From Chiloscyllium plagiosum (lineage: Eukaryota), in NCBI RefSeq assembly GCF_004010195.1, contig NC_057753.1, positions 14,235,937 through 14,299,936 of the forward strand: a DNA stretch of 64,000 nucleotides, written 5' to 3'. The notes under the pieces are model-generated. The model did no database searches. It was not told where the DNA came from and saw only the letters and a list, made by a program, of their open reading frames with translations. How positions within the stretch are numbered: position 1 is the first letter of the stretch; every line of letters begins with the position of its first letter. The position numbers and the translations under genes were made by a program. This document shows, piece by piece, positions 13,906 to 26,955 of the stretch.

Positions 13906-14377
13906 ATGCATGTACTCGGCTTTAGACTGTGAGGGAAACTGTTCTTTCTGATAAATGTGGAGGAAATACATTTTGCATTCCTTTATCTAATCGTATTTTA
14001 ACTCAGGTCGACTTTACTTTTTGCAATGTATACCTGTTTTCCATTTCAGACATGAGTCATGAGGATTTTGTCAATCCCTCGAAGACGTTTGGACATGAAC
14101 ACTGTCTACGAGCCGACAGTGCGCTACTATAGATTAAACTGTTACCAACATAACCCATATACGCATCCTGACTTTATACTGTGGTCATACTCCAATGATG
14201 CTGAAGGTAAATCAGGATTTGCTGAAATTTATTTTTGTGGCCGAACTGTAGTCTTCAAATTCGCTGGTGTAACTCTCAGTGCGTCAGCTCAGGGTGACAG
14301 CTCGCTGATTCCGTCATATGCGAGTACAGTTTTGGACTCATAGGTATGGACTGCATTCTCAATGTCACACAAGAACA
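13906..14377 (+). pseudogene. TCR V pseudogene
   Basis: Leader ATG 13906 with TGA stop and GT->AT donor; acceptor ttcag|acatgagtcat at 14050; degenerate V; RSS remnant CATAGGT-23-ACAAGAACA. Confidence 0.8.
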
Positions 14378-15959
14378 GGAGGCAGGTGCTCCTCTGCCCT
14401 GGGCTTTGTACAGAATCGTGGGCAGATACAAGCGCAAAGAACAACCTGATGTCAGGCACTCAAAAACAAACAGCAAAGAAACCAAATAAAAGCCGACTCA
14501 ATCTGTCACCTATTTGGTTTCCCCAGGAGCAATTCAGAAAATAAAGCACAGTTTTTTACTCAGTTTCAGATCGCAAAATACATTCCTTTTGCCATCCTTT
14601 TGCCATCCCTGTTACTTGTTGATCTTGGATGCTATCTCATTGTGATCCAAGCACTCAGACCAACCATTTCCTTGTGTGCCATTGTTTGTTGCCATTTTTC
14701 CAAATCTAAAAATATCCAACTCCTCTATTCTTCTGGCAAAAATGCACAATCTCACATTTCCCTGCATAATTTCCATTCCTCTAACTTTTAGCCAACTCGA
14801 ATATGCTTTCCACATCCTTGTGTAGATCGTCATCCACAATCTGGTGAAAGTGCATTCACTTCCCTGATGCAAATTACAAATATATATTGTAAGTAATTAT
14901 CACTTGTGGCATTTTGCCATGCAGAATATGCGCCCACTCTCTCTCTTGGCCTTAAAATAACTTTACATGATGTTTCCATGTGCAGGGTCAGATAAGAAAA
15001 TGATTTCATCAAACCAAATTATTAAGGGTTGTTGCTGAAAATTTACTTGGACATGACAATCGGCAACAAGAGATAGGTGGAACATTACTGGCTAAAGCAA
15101 ATAACAGGTCGTGTTGGCTGTTGGATAACTGCACTGTCTTGAAACGCATTTTTATGTGTTTTGCAAACCGGATGGTTTTGCTTTCAACTTATTCTCTGCA
15201 AAACGAAATATTGAGAAAAGTAATGGATCTATTGCAAAATAGTGATAAAGTCTGTAACTAGAATAGTATGAATATCGCGGACTCCGTCTTTGGAGAGTGT
15301 AAGGATTGTAGACGCTAGACCTCAGAGTGAATAGACATGAAGCTGGAAAAGCTTAGCATGTCAGATCGCATCCAATGAGCAGGAAAGTCAATGTTTCGAG
15401 CTGAAACCCATCGTTACAACTAAAAGCTCATCGGATGCTGTGCTTTTCCACGTCAGATCTAGGGACTCTATGGTAATCGTTGGATACCATCTTGGACTTG
15501 GACCTTAAATATTACGAGGAACCCAGCGTTCGCCATACCAGACATCGGAATGCACAGTTACCGCCATGAATTAGGCTGTGGATACTCATTGTTAATCTAA
15601 ATAAATGTGTGCTTTGATGTTAAGTTCGTATCTTCAGCTCGGATCAAATTCACGAACGTTCCCAGGGCCTTCAAGTTCTCCAGATCAGTCAACATGTGGA
15701 CTCACCGATGGACAGAAGGCAGTGAGAGTCGTTTTAAATCATGTCTAAGCTCCTGGATTCACTCATTCATTTACACATATCTCTAATGAACTGCCGGAGT
15801 AAGTGATGGAGGATAGTAGATTAAGCAAAAATATTTACTTTAGATCAAAGGCAATGTGCATTCTTCCAATCATTTTTTTCAGACGTTAAAGAACCGTTAA
15901 GTGCTTTCAGTCAAACAATACACCATGCAAAAGCACGAATGCAGTACCCAACACATTGA

Positions 15960-16840
15960 CTCTTATGTTATGAAGTAGCTCAATCTATAATGAGTTAATT
16001 CTTGGAAATCTAAATATATTGCATCTTCGTTCATTTTATCAACTATGCTTGAACTCTCCTCACAGAATTCTATTAAAATCGTCAGGTAGCATTTTCCCTT
16101 CGTGAAGCTATGTTGCATCTCACGGACTATTTTGTGCAGGTTATTGGAGGAAATCCTAAGGGCCAGGAATGACATGCATTTGGAAAAACAAGGACTGATT
16201 AAGGATAGTTAACATGGCTTTGTGTGCACGAAATCATTTCTCACGAACTTGATTGAATTGTTTGAAAAAAATAATGAAGATGATTGCTGAGGACAGAGCA
16301 GTGCACATGATCTATATGTACTTCAGTAAGGCATTCGACAAATTTTCTCATGGTACACTGGTTTGCAAGGTGGCATCCCATGAAATGCAGGGAGCACGAG
16401 CCATTTGAATACAGAAATGGCTTGAATGAAGAAGACAAAGTGTGGTGATGGAGAGTTGCTTTTCAGACTAGAGGTCTGTGACTAGTGCTATCCCACAAGG
16501 ATCATTTCGCAGTTCGCTGATTTTCGTCATTTATACAAATCATTTGGATGTGAACATACGAGCAATAGTTAATAAGTTTGCAGAGGACACCAACACTGGA
16601 AGTATTGCGGACCTAAAAATACAACGGGATCTTGATCGGATGGGCAAATAGGCTGGGGAGTGTCAGATGAAATTTAATTTAAATAAATGTGAGTGACTGC
16701 ATTTAAAAGGCATCTGAAGGTTTTAGAGGGACACGGGCCAAGTGTTGGCAAATGGGGCGAGATTATGTTACGATATCTGATTGGCAAGGACAAGTTAGAC
16801 TGAAGTGTACTTTCCGTGCTGTTCATCTCTATGACTGTAT
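15960..16840. mobile_element. CR1 RT fragments (15960-16110 on -, 16135-16840 on +)
   Basis: QHSFTKGK...LIEF..., DAIYLDFQ on -; catggctttgtg...ttcagtaaggcattcgacaa (FSKAFD) on +. Confidence 0.75.
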
Positions 16841-17081
16841 GAATATACATGTACAATTTTCATTTACCCAGAGGTCTGATTTCTCATCAGAGAAGTGGAC
16901 GATTTTTAATGTTTTAAAGTAAGGGTTAGCGAAGGATTAGTGACACACCTTTCACACCACCAAGAGGCTCCAGAGTTTTGTGATAACAATTCTGAGCATG
17001 TTGATTAACAATGGTTTAAACTGACAGTTACCACGCTGTCGGCAGTGGGCGACGTTCAGAAGGCGGGATACACATTGCAAT

Positions 17082-17210
17082 GGAGAAAGTGAGGACTGCA
17101 GATGCTGGGAATCATAGTCAAAAGGCGTGACTCTGGAAAATCACAACAAGTCAGGAATCACGCGAGAAGCAGGAGAGTCGACGTTTCCGGCATAAATATT
17201 TCATCAGAAA
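17082..17210 (-). mobile_element. Penelope-like terminal fragment with hammerhead core
   Basis: - strand CTGATGA (17207-17201)...GAAACGTC (17187-17180); stem II decayed. Confidence 0.55.
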
Positions 17211-18504
17211 TGTTAATTTTAATATCAGACACTATTGGGAATGTACCCACATTATTGCCGTCACTCATAGGAACCGTACCCACATTGTTGTAGAACTTTC
17301 TTCCAAACAACGTATCTCACCAACCCGATTTCATGATCGCATTTATAATTTCATTGTTATTGTATCGTTTTCAAAACACCAGTGCTTTCCAATTACGCTT
17401 TTTTGTTGGCTACTTTCCTTTTTTATTTGGAAGAACAGTGACTTAACATGGAGTGCAGACAGAAAGTAAGAGAAGACAACAAATATGGTGGACACTGCTA
17501 AAAGTGATACCCAAAGTAGGGCCACAAGATATACATAAGCGGGGAATGAATACATTAATATAGAGAACGTGTAATGACAGACAAAAGAAAACATTTTCAA
17601 TGATGTGCAGACGAATGAAATTGCAATGTCCATACCATGATGGTACTATGTCGTCAAGAAATATGTGTTTGAGTTTTTTTTTTCTTGCAAAGAGGTGTTA
17701 CCACCTTTGTGGCAGTATGCTCCCTTCAGCCAGGTTTTTAGTAACCAATTTTTGAAATTACCCTGGGGACTTACTGTTACATGAGGCAAAATAATAACGA
17801 ATGAGCAGGATCAGGTCTCACATAGACCCTGGAAGGGTTTTAGTTTTAGTTTCGTTTCATGAGAAGGTCCGCCTGTCGGTGGAGCTAAAAGGCTTGAGTT
17901 CTTTGCTGGTGTAAACTATTGGATAATGAGTCTACCTCTTCAATATCAAAAGGTGCTAACTGCCTCTTTATTCTGAGTCTGTGCACGGGCAAACAATTGG
18001 AAGTCAACGATAAATGGGAAACGGGCAAACATGTTATCAGAGAAGCAGGGAGATAAAGTTGACACTGGCTTCATTGTTGCTGGAATTGCGATTCAATGTT
18101 CAATAATTTGAGCGGAGGCTGCTTTTGGGACCACATGGATTTCAGGTGCAGTGAAAATCTCGGTGGTGCGTGCATTGGTAATTTGGTGGCCACTATTAAC
18201 TTGGTAACTACACAAATTGCAACAAATTAGTAGAGGGACATAACAACAAACTAAGAGTGGATGGAAGGCGACACATCAGAATGTCCTAGTTATCTTTTAA
18301 GGATAGTGAGTTTGGCTCACATCATTCAGTGTCCACTCATTGACCATCTACTCTCGTTCTTCTCATGCCCTCAGTGTATCATCGCCTACATAAAGCAGTA
18401 AGTTGGGAAAACCTAGAAACACGACAGCATTTTCACTGATTTTGGGATTTGATAATAGGTGCCTTGAAATATGCGACCGCCCTGTAACACAGAGGACAGC
18501 CCTA

Positions 18505-18870
18505 ATGAGGATTCTCAGCACTTGGGTTGTTTGGGAAGGACTTCTGAAAGGTGAGTACAGAGGAAATACATTTAACTTCTTTTGTAAGACATATTTTAAA
18601 CCGATGCATGCTTTACATTTTAAAATAGCCCGTTTTTTTTTTCCAATTCTGTCCCAAATCATTCTCCTCGGATATTCAGACAGATGTAGTCATGATGACT
18701 TCTCGATGTATCTGTGATCGTGCATGCGGCAGCTATGCATTATTCTGGTGCTCACAGCTGCCAAGTATACGAGTAGATCATGATCAAAGATACTAACTGC
18801 AATGTTGTTAAAGAACATATTACTAATAATTACTTCTCTGTAGAAGTTCAAACCTCGAAATCTCTACGGT
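18505..18870 (+). pseudogene. TCR V pseudogene (intact-looking leader, deleted/degenerate V, no RSS)
   Basis: Leader MRILSTWVVWEGLLK + GTGAGT (18505-18550); remnants SYALFWCSQLP and YFSVEVQTSK match FR2/FR3 of the 37.4, 52 and 60 kb TRVs. Confidence 0.75.
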
Positions 18871-18904
18871 GCATACCCTCAAATATTCAGATATCTAGGA
18901 TATA

Positions 18905-19033
18905 ATCAACGAAGTAAAAGCAATGACTGCAGATGCTGGAAACCAGATTCTGGATTAGTGGTGCTGGAAGAGCACAGCAGTTCAGGCAGCATCCAAGGAG
19001 CTTCGAAATCGACGTTTCGGGCAAAAGCCCTTC
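18905..19033 (-). mobile_element. Short Penelope-like insertion with 17-bp TSD
   Basis: cagatatctaggatata at 18888-18904 and 19034-19050; - strand GAAGGGCTTTTGCCCGAAACGTC hammerhead half. Confidence 0.75.
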
Positions 19034-20282
19034 CAGATATCTAGGATATACCTAACCTCCCCCTTGGAAAGATAACATTGCAGTGCCACCACAATTCTAT
19101 GTGGGACTTTGTTGTATATCGCCTTTGCTTTCCGATAAAATACTCTATCCTGTGTCATCCTCGATTCTTTTATGACCGGCATGCATCTGTGGGTACAGCG
19201 CGAGAGCAGAACATTGAATAATATTAATGGGGTCAGACACAAGCGGTATAGCTTATACCTTATGCCTGAAAATGCTGAATAGATGAACTACAATCTTTCT
19301 AGAATGTAACTGGTAGGATAGATTAGAAAGAACCAGGAGATATGGCGCATTTGGATTTACACACGGCTTTAGATAATGTCGGTCAAAGGAAATTGCTTAA
19401 TAGCGCAAAATTAAAGGACACAGGACTTAGGATGATGCAATGGCATTTGTTGTCAATTACTGATAGGCAGAAAACAAATATTAGGACTAGATTTTTTTTT
19501 ATTTCCAAAGGCAGGTATTGACTTGTTGGAATGTGCAAGCATTAGTGTTTTCCCTCCCACTATTCATGATATCAGAAATGACCATAATGAGTAAACAAAA
19601 TGAAGCCCTTTTTTTTCTTACGTTTTCTTTCTAGGCATAACTGTTTGGGATTGTAAAGGCGATGCAAGAAGGCTTTGCAGAGATTTATACAAATCCATTA
19701 TGTGGGCAAGTACAGAAGGGCAGAAAATTAGACTTGAAAAATTGAAGCAGGGGCAACAAATGGCGAGAGACAGTGGGAATTGGCATTGAAGCACATGGTC
19801 AGCGACCATCATACAAATTGTCAGAGCAGGCACGAAACGTCAAATGAACTGTTTTTAATGTTGATGTTTCTCTTAGTCTGGGAAAATGACAATAGTTCTT
19901 AAAGAGTCTGGGGCAATGGTTTCAGAGGGCATTTGTCATCTAATCCATCAATTATCTGAAAGATGCGCTTCCTAAAATTAGCATCAAACTGCTACTCATT
20001 GCCAAATTGCTACATGAATCATCAGGAACTTTACTCAACTCTCTAATGCTCACAATGAGATGGTGCTACCGCACAACTTCCTTTGAATAGGCAGAACCAA
20101 ATCTGTTGATACTATACGTCGATTTCAGTCAACCAATAACGTGTATCCTCAAACACACACCTTTTTTTTCTGCCGCTTCACACGCCCTTCTGACTGTGGG
20201 TCATAAATCAATGATCAACAAAATCCTCTTCCAGTGAGTGACTGAAAAGCAGGCTGCTCTATTTAACAGGGCACCAGAAATC

Positions 20283-20767
20283 ATGTTGATTGCAGGACGC
20301 CTTGCTCTCCTTCTGGCTTTCTTATCTGGTGAGTAGCTGCAATTGTTTTGTTTCCGAATTTTAATGAGGCTCTGTTTTTTTTTTCCTGTTCATCACCGCC
20401 ACAACGACAGGTGCACAATTGGGAGTCATACCATTTAAATGAATGCTGTTTTAATTTAACAGGTGCTCAGTCTGAGGTGGTGTTGGCTCAGCCAGAATCT
20501 GAGACGGGGTTCGCCGGACAGTCACTGAAACTGACTTGTAAAACCAGCGGTTTCAATCTGAAGGACTACAATATGCATTGGTACCGCCAAGGTCCTGAAA
20601 AGGGTCCACAATGGTTAGTTCGCTACTACAGTGAAAGCGTCAGCAATTATCATCCAGAGGTCAGAGGACGAATTATTGCTTCCAAAGACCTTTCAAACAG
20701 TATCTTCGCTCTGGATATCAAGACACTTAAAATATCAGATGGTGCGACATATTATTGTGCACAGCAA
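20283..20767 (+). CDS. IgH-like V segment (TAILV-type), apparently functional (leader 20283-20328, V exon 20463-20767)
   Basis: Leader MLIAGRLALLLAFLS + GTGAGT; EVVLAQPESETGFAGQSLKLTCKTSGFNL...WYRQ...QWLVRYYS...ASKDLSNSIFALDIKTLKISDGATYYCAQQ. Confidence 0.93.
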
Positions 20768-20806
20768 CACAGTGAGACAGATCAGTTACCAACCTGCACA
20801 AAAACC
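20768..20806 (+). other. Perfect 23-RSS
   Basis: CACAGTG + 23 bp + ACAAAAACC. Confidence 0.97.
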
Positions 20807-22036
20807 CAAAAGAGGAAATGTATTATTTTCTGCTCGTCTCAAATCTACAAAACATGCACCATCGACAGCAGCTCAAATAATCACAATATTGTAAATAACA
20901 GCAGGAACTCATTCTGCTCTTCAGGTCTCTGACTGCTGTTTTCAATTGTAACTCGATCATTCCCACTCTTCCACTATTTCCACAGAATATTGAGTTCTTT
21001 TTCTCCTCTTTTTTTATACGTAAATTTATCTTGTTGCATTCTAACTTTCATTTTCCTCTCCACCAGTAATTTGGTCTTGTAACCCTGATCCTCACAATAA
21101 GCTGCATAAAGTTTCACATTCTTGCTTCTACTGTACCGTTTGTCTCAAATCAGTCTGACTGAAATAGCGACACAAGCAAAATTTACTAGTCCAAATTTCC
21201 CAGCACTTGAATAAAATACACAGTAGATCTCTGTTTTTCATGTAGAAGACTCCCAGTTTCTCCAATCTTGCCACATTGCTGCAGCCTTTTGTTCCAGACG
21301 ACATTCCAGCCAAGCTCCGTGTACCCCTCTTTAGGGTGAAGCTCAGCTGCTGCAGTGTGTATCATCTACAAGAGTTGCGGATGATTGAATGTAAGGCTAC
21401 TGAGACAGCATTTTATAAACCGATGTCCTCTACCCTCTGAGAGGATGAGGGCAACAGACGCATTAGAAACACCACTGCCTGTAGTTTCCCTCCCTGCGTC
21501 TCATCTTCCAGACGAGGATACTGGACGCGATGGCGAGGATAATCTCATTAGTGTATTAATCCAGAAACACAGGATACATGACCCATGTTCCGTGGAACAG
21601 GATTTGAATTCCTGTATTGAGTATTCGAATAATAATTCACGAAGAGTTCAACGATAACCATTGTCGATTGCTGTGATAAATCTTTTCCTTAATGATGTCC
21701 GCCAGGGAAAGAAATCTTCTGTCTTTATCAGATGTGGCCTACATAAACCTTCAGACATATGGTAATCTGACTCTTCACCAACATGTGGTTATTTGGGATA
21801 CTAATAAATGCTGGCTTAACCAGGATCACCACACGTTACAAGAGCGAATTTGATTAACAAACATTGACTCTACATTTCCAAGAGCTGAAAGGTTACAGGA
21901 CGTTTCCAGAACTGTTACCTGCCTCGTGTCAAAGGTTTATGCTATGCCTTAGAGCTGCATGAATCATTAAAAGGTGCAGGGAGAGAAAAGCCAAGCGATT
22001 CATTGTGCCAATACGTTTTGTATTTTTCAGTGCTTA

Positions 22037-22360
22037 ATTATGGATAAGGCCAGACCACTGGAAATATTCTTAAGCAGGCAATTTCAGGCAATAACTCCTC
22101 ATTTTGGTTCAGTAAGTGTACGTCGAGAAAGATAGACAGGTTGACTAATACATTTTAAAACAGACAAACATTTATTCAAAAAACTACACAGTGAACCACA
22201 AAAAACAGAATAAAGAACCCCTACAGGACACAACCTATCCAACTAGACGTAATTGTGCTGTTCCAAATAGACACAAACGTCCTACTAAACAAACTCTTTT
22301 CAAAACCAGTATAAATGGAACACATATTTACAGGTTGATGTTGAAGGGCTGAAAGAGAAG

Positions 22361-22392
<32 letters not shown>

Positions 22393-23410
22393 GACAGAGA
22401 GAGACAGAGAGAGAGACAGTTTCCACTCAGCTCCCTGTTGAAATTTCACAATTTTAAGAACTGAATTAAAAGCTACTCTGCTCAGTTAGCTCGGGAGCTG
22501 ACCACTGCCCTTTCTTTAGCCAGGTCACTTCTTAAACATGACCACTATGGCCTGAAGTCTCATTTGCTTACATATAAACAAAAGGCCTCTCAAAATCCAT
22601 TTCATCTCTGTACCAAACCGGCACTATTGGAGCCCGGCCCGGTTTATTACCAGTCTGAAAGAAAGTCAAGGACAGCGTATCCTTGAGCCAAGGAACAGCT
22701 TTTAAAAAAGGGACTAGCTTTGGGTCACTTCCCCTCCCCTCTTAATAAAAAGAACCATCAATCGCTAAAGATGGCTTCATTTCTAACCCTTGAAAACCCG
22801 GTTAGTAGTCTAAACACACATGCTATAGACATGCAGACATGCATAACCCCATGCACATTCTAGCCACGGCACAACCGCCACCGAACGCCCCCCCCCCCCC
22901 AAATTCAGGCAGTGGCACATATGCCACCATGCACCTCCATATCTCATTCGAGTCTCGATAACGCATCAGCAATCATGTTTTCGCGACCTGTCACGTGCAC
23001 AATTGTCAAATTGAATGGCAGCAACAACAAGCTCCATCTGAACAGTCTGGCATTTTTCTCCTTAAATTTCCCCACAAATGTCAATGTGTTGTGAGCACTG
23101 CATCCGATTGTGTCAGATGTATTGCTGGTAATATAAACACTGAAATGTTGTAATGCCCAGACCAAGCTCACAGTGTCTTTCTCCACCGTTGAATAGTTCT
23201 TTTGATAAACGTTCAACTTCCTAGAAAAATATCCGAGTGGTCTTGCTATTCCCTCGTCGTCCTCATGCAGGAGCGAGGACACCCACCCACATCACTGGCA
23301 TGGACAGCCACCTTAAAAGGCTTCATCTAATCCGGTGTGGCTAATACTGGCGCAGTGGTTGACAGAGTTTTTAAGCTGACAAATGCCTTTTGATAGCCCA
23401 CTGTTCACTG
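22037..23410 (-). mobile_element. Gypsy LTR retrotransposon remnant: RNase H, PPT and 3' LTR (Gmr1-like order)
   Basis: RPLGYFSRKL...YSTVEKD...RLFRWSL...ADALSRLE* (23282-22944); polypurine tract aagaggggagggga at about 22743-22730; LTR about 22727-22037 containing (GA)n. Confidence 0.8.
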
Positions 23411-25339
23411 AAATGCAGCTAGCAAACTCTCTAATTGCTCGGTAGTCACTTCTAACAAGTATATGTGGAAATATATTTCTAGTTTATTTTCAAGTCCTAT
23501 TTTATACTCCTGTAAGACTGGAGTATTGTGTAAATTTAAAAATGATTTCTATTCTAGACATGACTCATTGAGAGTTAGCCACTAACTCAATCTTTTGAGA
23601 CGTTCAGACAGAAGGACAGGCTGTGCCTCTAAACTGTATGTATGATACTACACGGCGCAGCTATACTTTATATTGGTACCAGCAGCATCCAGATACAGGA
23701 CACGAGTTCGTTGCGAAAAAATATTCTAATGGTGATAAACACGAAGGAAATTTTCTTAACATTCGTTCCTCTGCAAATCAACAATCCTAAAATACTTCAA
23801 TCAACTTCTGTGTTACGTTAATGCATGGTTTATTGAGAGTGGTTCCACACGATAGATACTAGGGTGGCGATGAATGGTCTGTTAACAATGTTGAATAAAC
23901 AAAGAAATTAAGGAAGGTTTCCAGCAATAGGAAGACAGCCTTCTCTGTTTTAATAAAGAGGCTCACTACATTGTGAGATCTATCCAATGTATACAAACCA
24001 GTCATGGGCCGGAAGCACACTTAACAAAGTGTGGACTGTAACTACAGAAAACCAGACATGTCAGATGGGAAACTATAGTTTGCAATGACATGCATGCGAA
24101 AAATAAGTAAGAAAGGGACAAAACACAAATAAAAAAATCACCAGTGGATTTCTGAAATTCAGTTTGATACATGTGTTGAAAGCAATTATTTCTGCGCTCT
24201 GAGATGATGTTGCTCTAGTTTGTATCTTGCAGTGTGGTTGTCCTCTCTCACTGATCAAATCGGAAGCAATTTTCCCCCTGCATTTGCAGTAACATGAAAG
24301 TGCAGATAGTGCAGTTGTACTTTTAGTACAAGGGAGCAACCACTGAAGTTGCTTGGTCCCCTTATTAATTATAACACTCAACCTTTCAGACAACTTAACT
24401 TCCCGCGCTGCTGCCACCTGCTTCTGAACTGAGTTGCTTCACACAAGAAACACTCCAGATCATTTGTAATGTTTTGATCGTGTTTGATAGCAGATGCAGT
24501 AAGAGATGGAGGACGGAACGCACCTAAACAGACCAATGAAAATATGTCAGTCAAAACAGGTTAACACACACACACACACACACACAAACACACACAGAGA
24601 CGGACGTAGACAAAAACACAAACAAAGGAAAGGCATAACTATCTCCAGTCAAACATGCTCGCACCCATATAGATACTCAAATACATGCAGATATGCATGG
24701 ACATTTTAACACCGACATGCACTATAGTTTAGCTCCCAGTGCACACACACGCTCAAACACAAATGCATCCTCAGAAAGACATACGCAGATACATTCGCAT
24801 AAACACTTGCACAGGAATACACTTACGAAAATGCACACAACCACGTGGACACAAAGACGGATACTTATGGTTCTTGCACCGACGATAGACGACTGCGAAA
24901 CTATACAAAAGTAGTGAGTCCAGTTCTGTGAAGACTTTGTGTTTAGTGAGTCAGCTCCTGTGCTTGCGTTCAGAGGGTCTATGTGTCTATTCTTTTGTGT
25001 GTTCTAAAATCAGAGGTACAGAAAAAAATCAAAGGATAGGGCAGAGCAAACTTGAGACTGAGCCCAGTGAAGGCTTCTGACAGGATCCAGCAGAGGGGGA
25101 CATATATTATTCAAACTAAGTGCAGTGGCAGATGGCCAGAGTAAAAGTGAAAATGGTAAAAGAAAAATGAGAGATGCTGATGGATACGTTTGAGACTGAC
25201 TGCAGTGATGAGGGTGGCATGATTTGCAGATCTGCAATTTGAGAGGTATCATTTTATGAGGCCGCAAGGAATTTTGTGTGGGCTGAAAGCCTCGGAGTAG
25301 AGTGCATAGGCATTGGAAAGACAGTGATTAACTTGGAGA

Positions 25340-25535
25340 TAGTAAGGACAGCAGATACTGGAGACACAGGGTTCAACGTGTGGTGCTAGAAGCAGCATAG
25401 CAGGTCAGGCAGCATCCGAGAAGCAGGAAAGTTGACGTTCTGAACATAATTACTGATGAAGCGATTATGCTCAGAACATTGACTGTCCTGTTCCTCTGAT
25501 GCTGCCTGACCCACTGTGCGTTCACCAGTACCACA
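25340..25535. mobile_element. Palindromic Penelope-like fragment
   Basis: About 70-bp imperfect inverted arms 25379-25450 / 25464-25535 around ctgatgaagcg. Confidence 0.6.
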
Positions 25536-25875
25536 GATTTCCATCATTAATTTGACAATTACACGACTTGCAAAAAATGTTGAATTAGGGCAAAATTGAC
25601 ATAAGCCTGACAATAGGTCTGCTGAGATTCTGGTGGATTCCTGCCATGCATGCAAACGGATTTATCCGAATGCTTGTCTCTCTGTTTTACTTGTAATGAG
25701 GATAACGGAGTTCACTGTGTATCAATTCACTGAGTTCTGTCCATACAGCTCCACCACTGACAGCAGGCAGTGAGGTGGGAGCATCTGCGGACAGGATAAC
25801 AGTTTTATGAAGGCGGGGTTTTAGAAAGTGTGTCTACAAGAATCCAACAGCCCTGCTGTACAGAGGACAGTGACA

Positions 25876-26361
25876 ATGCGGCTATCCATCTTGGTTGTGT
25901 GGCAGGCTACTCTAACAGGTAAATATGGGAAAATACATATAACGTTTGTTTATCAAATCCCATTTGAAAATAACGTCACTTGACTTTTTGCAACTGATAT
26001 CTATTTTTTCTTTTCAGCCCTGAGTTCCTGAGAATCTGTCACCGGACACTCTCCACACCTGTTCGGACAGAAAGACACTTCGTCAAATTGGGCTGTTGCT
26101 ATGAGACTGCATCGAGTTATTATCGGTTGTTATGGTACTGACAGCAACCAAACTAACAGACGAGGCTTGCACCAATAAAGTACCCTGAAGGTGCCGAGCA
26201 GAAAGCAAAGTTTGCTGAAATTCATTCTCTGCAGAATTCGAGACCGACAATAAATTCAGCAGTTTAACTATCTCGGCCCTGCAGCTGACTGGCACCACCA
26301 TGTATTACTGTACTCTCAGACACACTGGACTGAAATGCACTCTCAGCTTCATACACTATCT
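25876..26361 (+). pseudogene. TCR V pseudogene
   Basis: Leader MRLSILVVWQATLT + GTAAAT (25876-25918); V exon from 26018 with early TGA and frameshifts; MYYCTLR end; degenerate RSS CACTGGA-23-ACACTATCT. Confidence 0.85.
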
Positions 26362-26808
26362 GTAGGGGGGAATTCCTGTCTTGGGTTTCTGCAGAATCGC
26401 AGGAAGATACAACCACAAAGAAGTGGTATCAGGCGCTCAAATAAAAATCATAATGAAACCAAACTAACCACCTATCCAACTGCCACCTAAATGCTTGCTA
26501 GAGTAGATCAGACAGTAATCTAACATTTAATTCAATTGAAATAAGGGACAAAATTCCTGTTCTGAGGGAAGGTCTCCAGACCCAAACATTAACATTGTTT
26601 TCTCTTCACAGATGTAGCCAGACCTGTTGAGCTTTTCCAGCAACTTCATTTTTGTTTTGTATTTATACAACTTGCAGTTCTTCCGGGTTTTTTTCCCCAA
26701 CATTCCATATGCCTTCTCTATTTCCTGGTGCACAATAGGTCCCGTTAAATCCCTCCGAGCTATTGCTTTCAAGTTAGTCATAGGTAAACAGAGAGACGGA
26801 CAGAGAGG

Positions 26809-26955
26809 NNNNNNNNNNNNNNNNNNNNNNNNNNNNNNNNNNNNNNNNNNNNNNNNNNNNNNNNNNNNNNNNNNNNNNNNNNNNNNNNNNNNNNNNNNNN
26901 NNNNNNNNNNNNNNNNNNNNNNNNNNNNNNNNNNNNNNNNNNNNNNNNNNNNNNN
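26809..26955. other. Assembly gap (147 N)
   Basis: Run of N. Confidence 1.
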
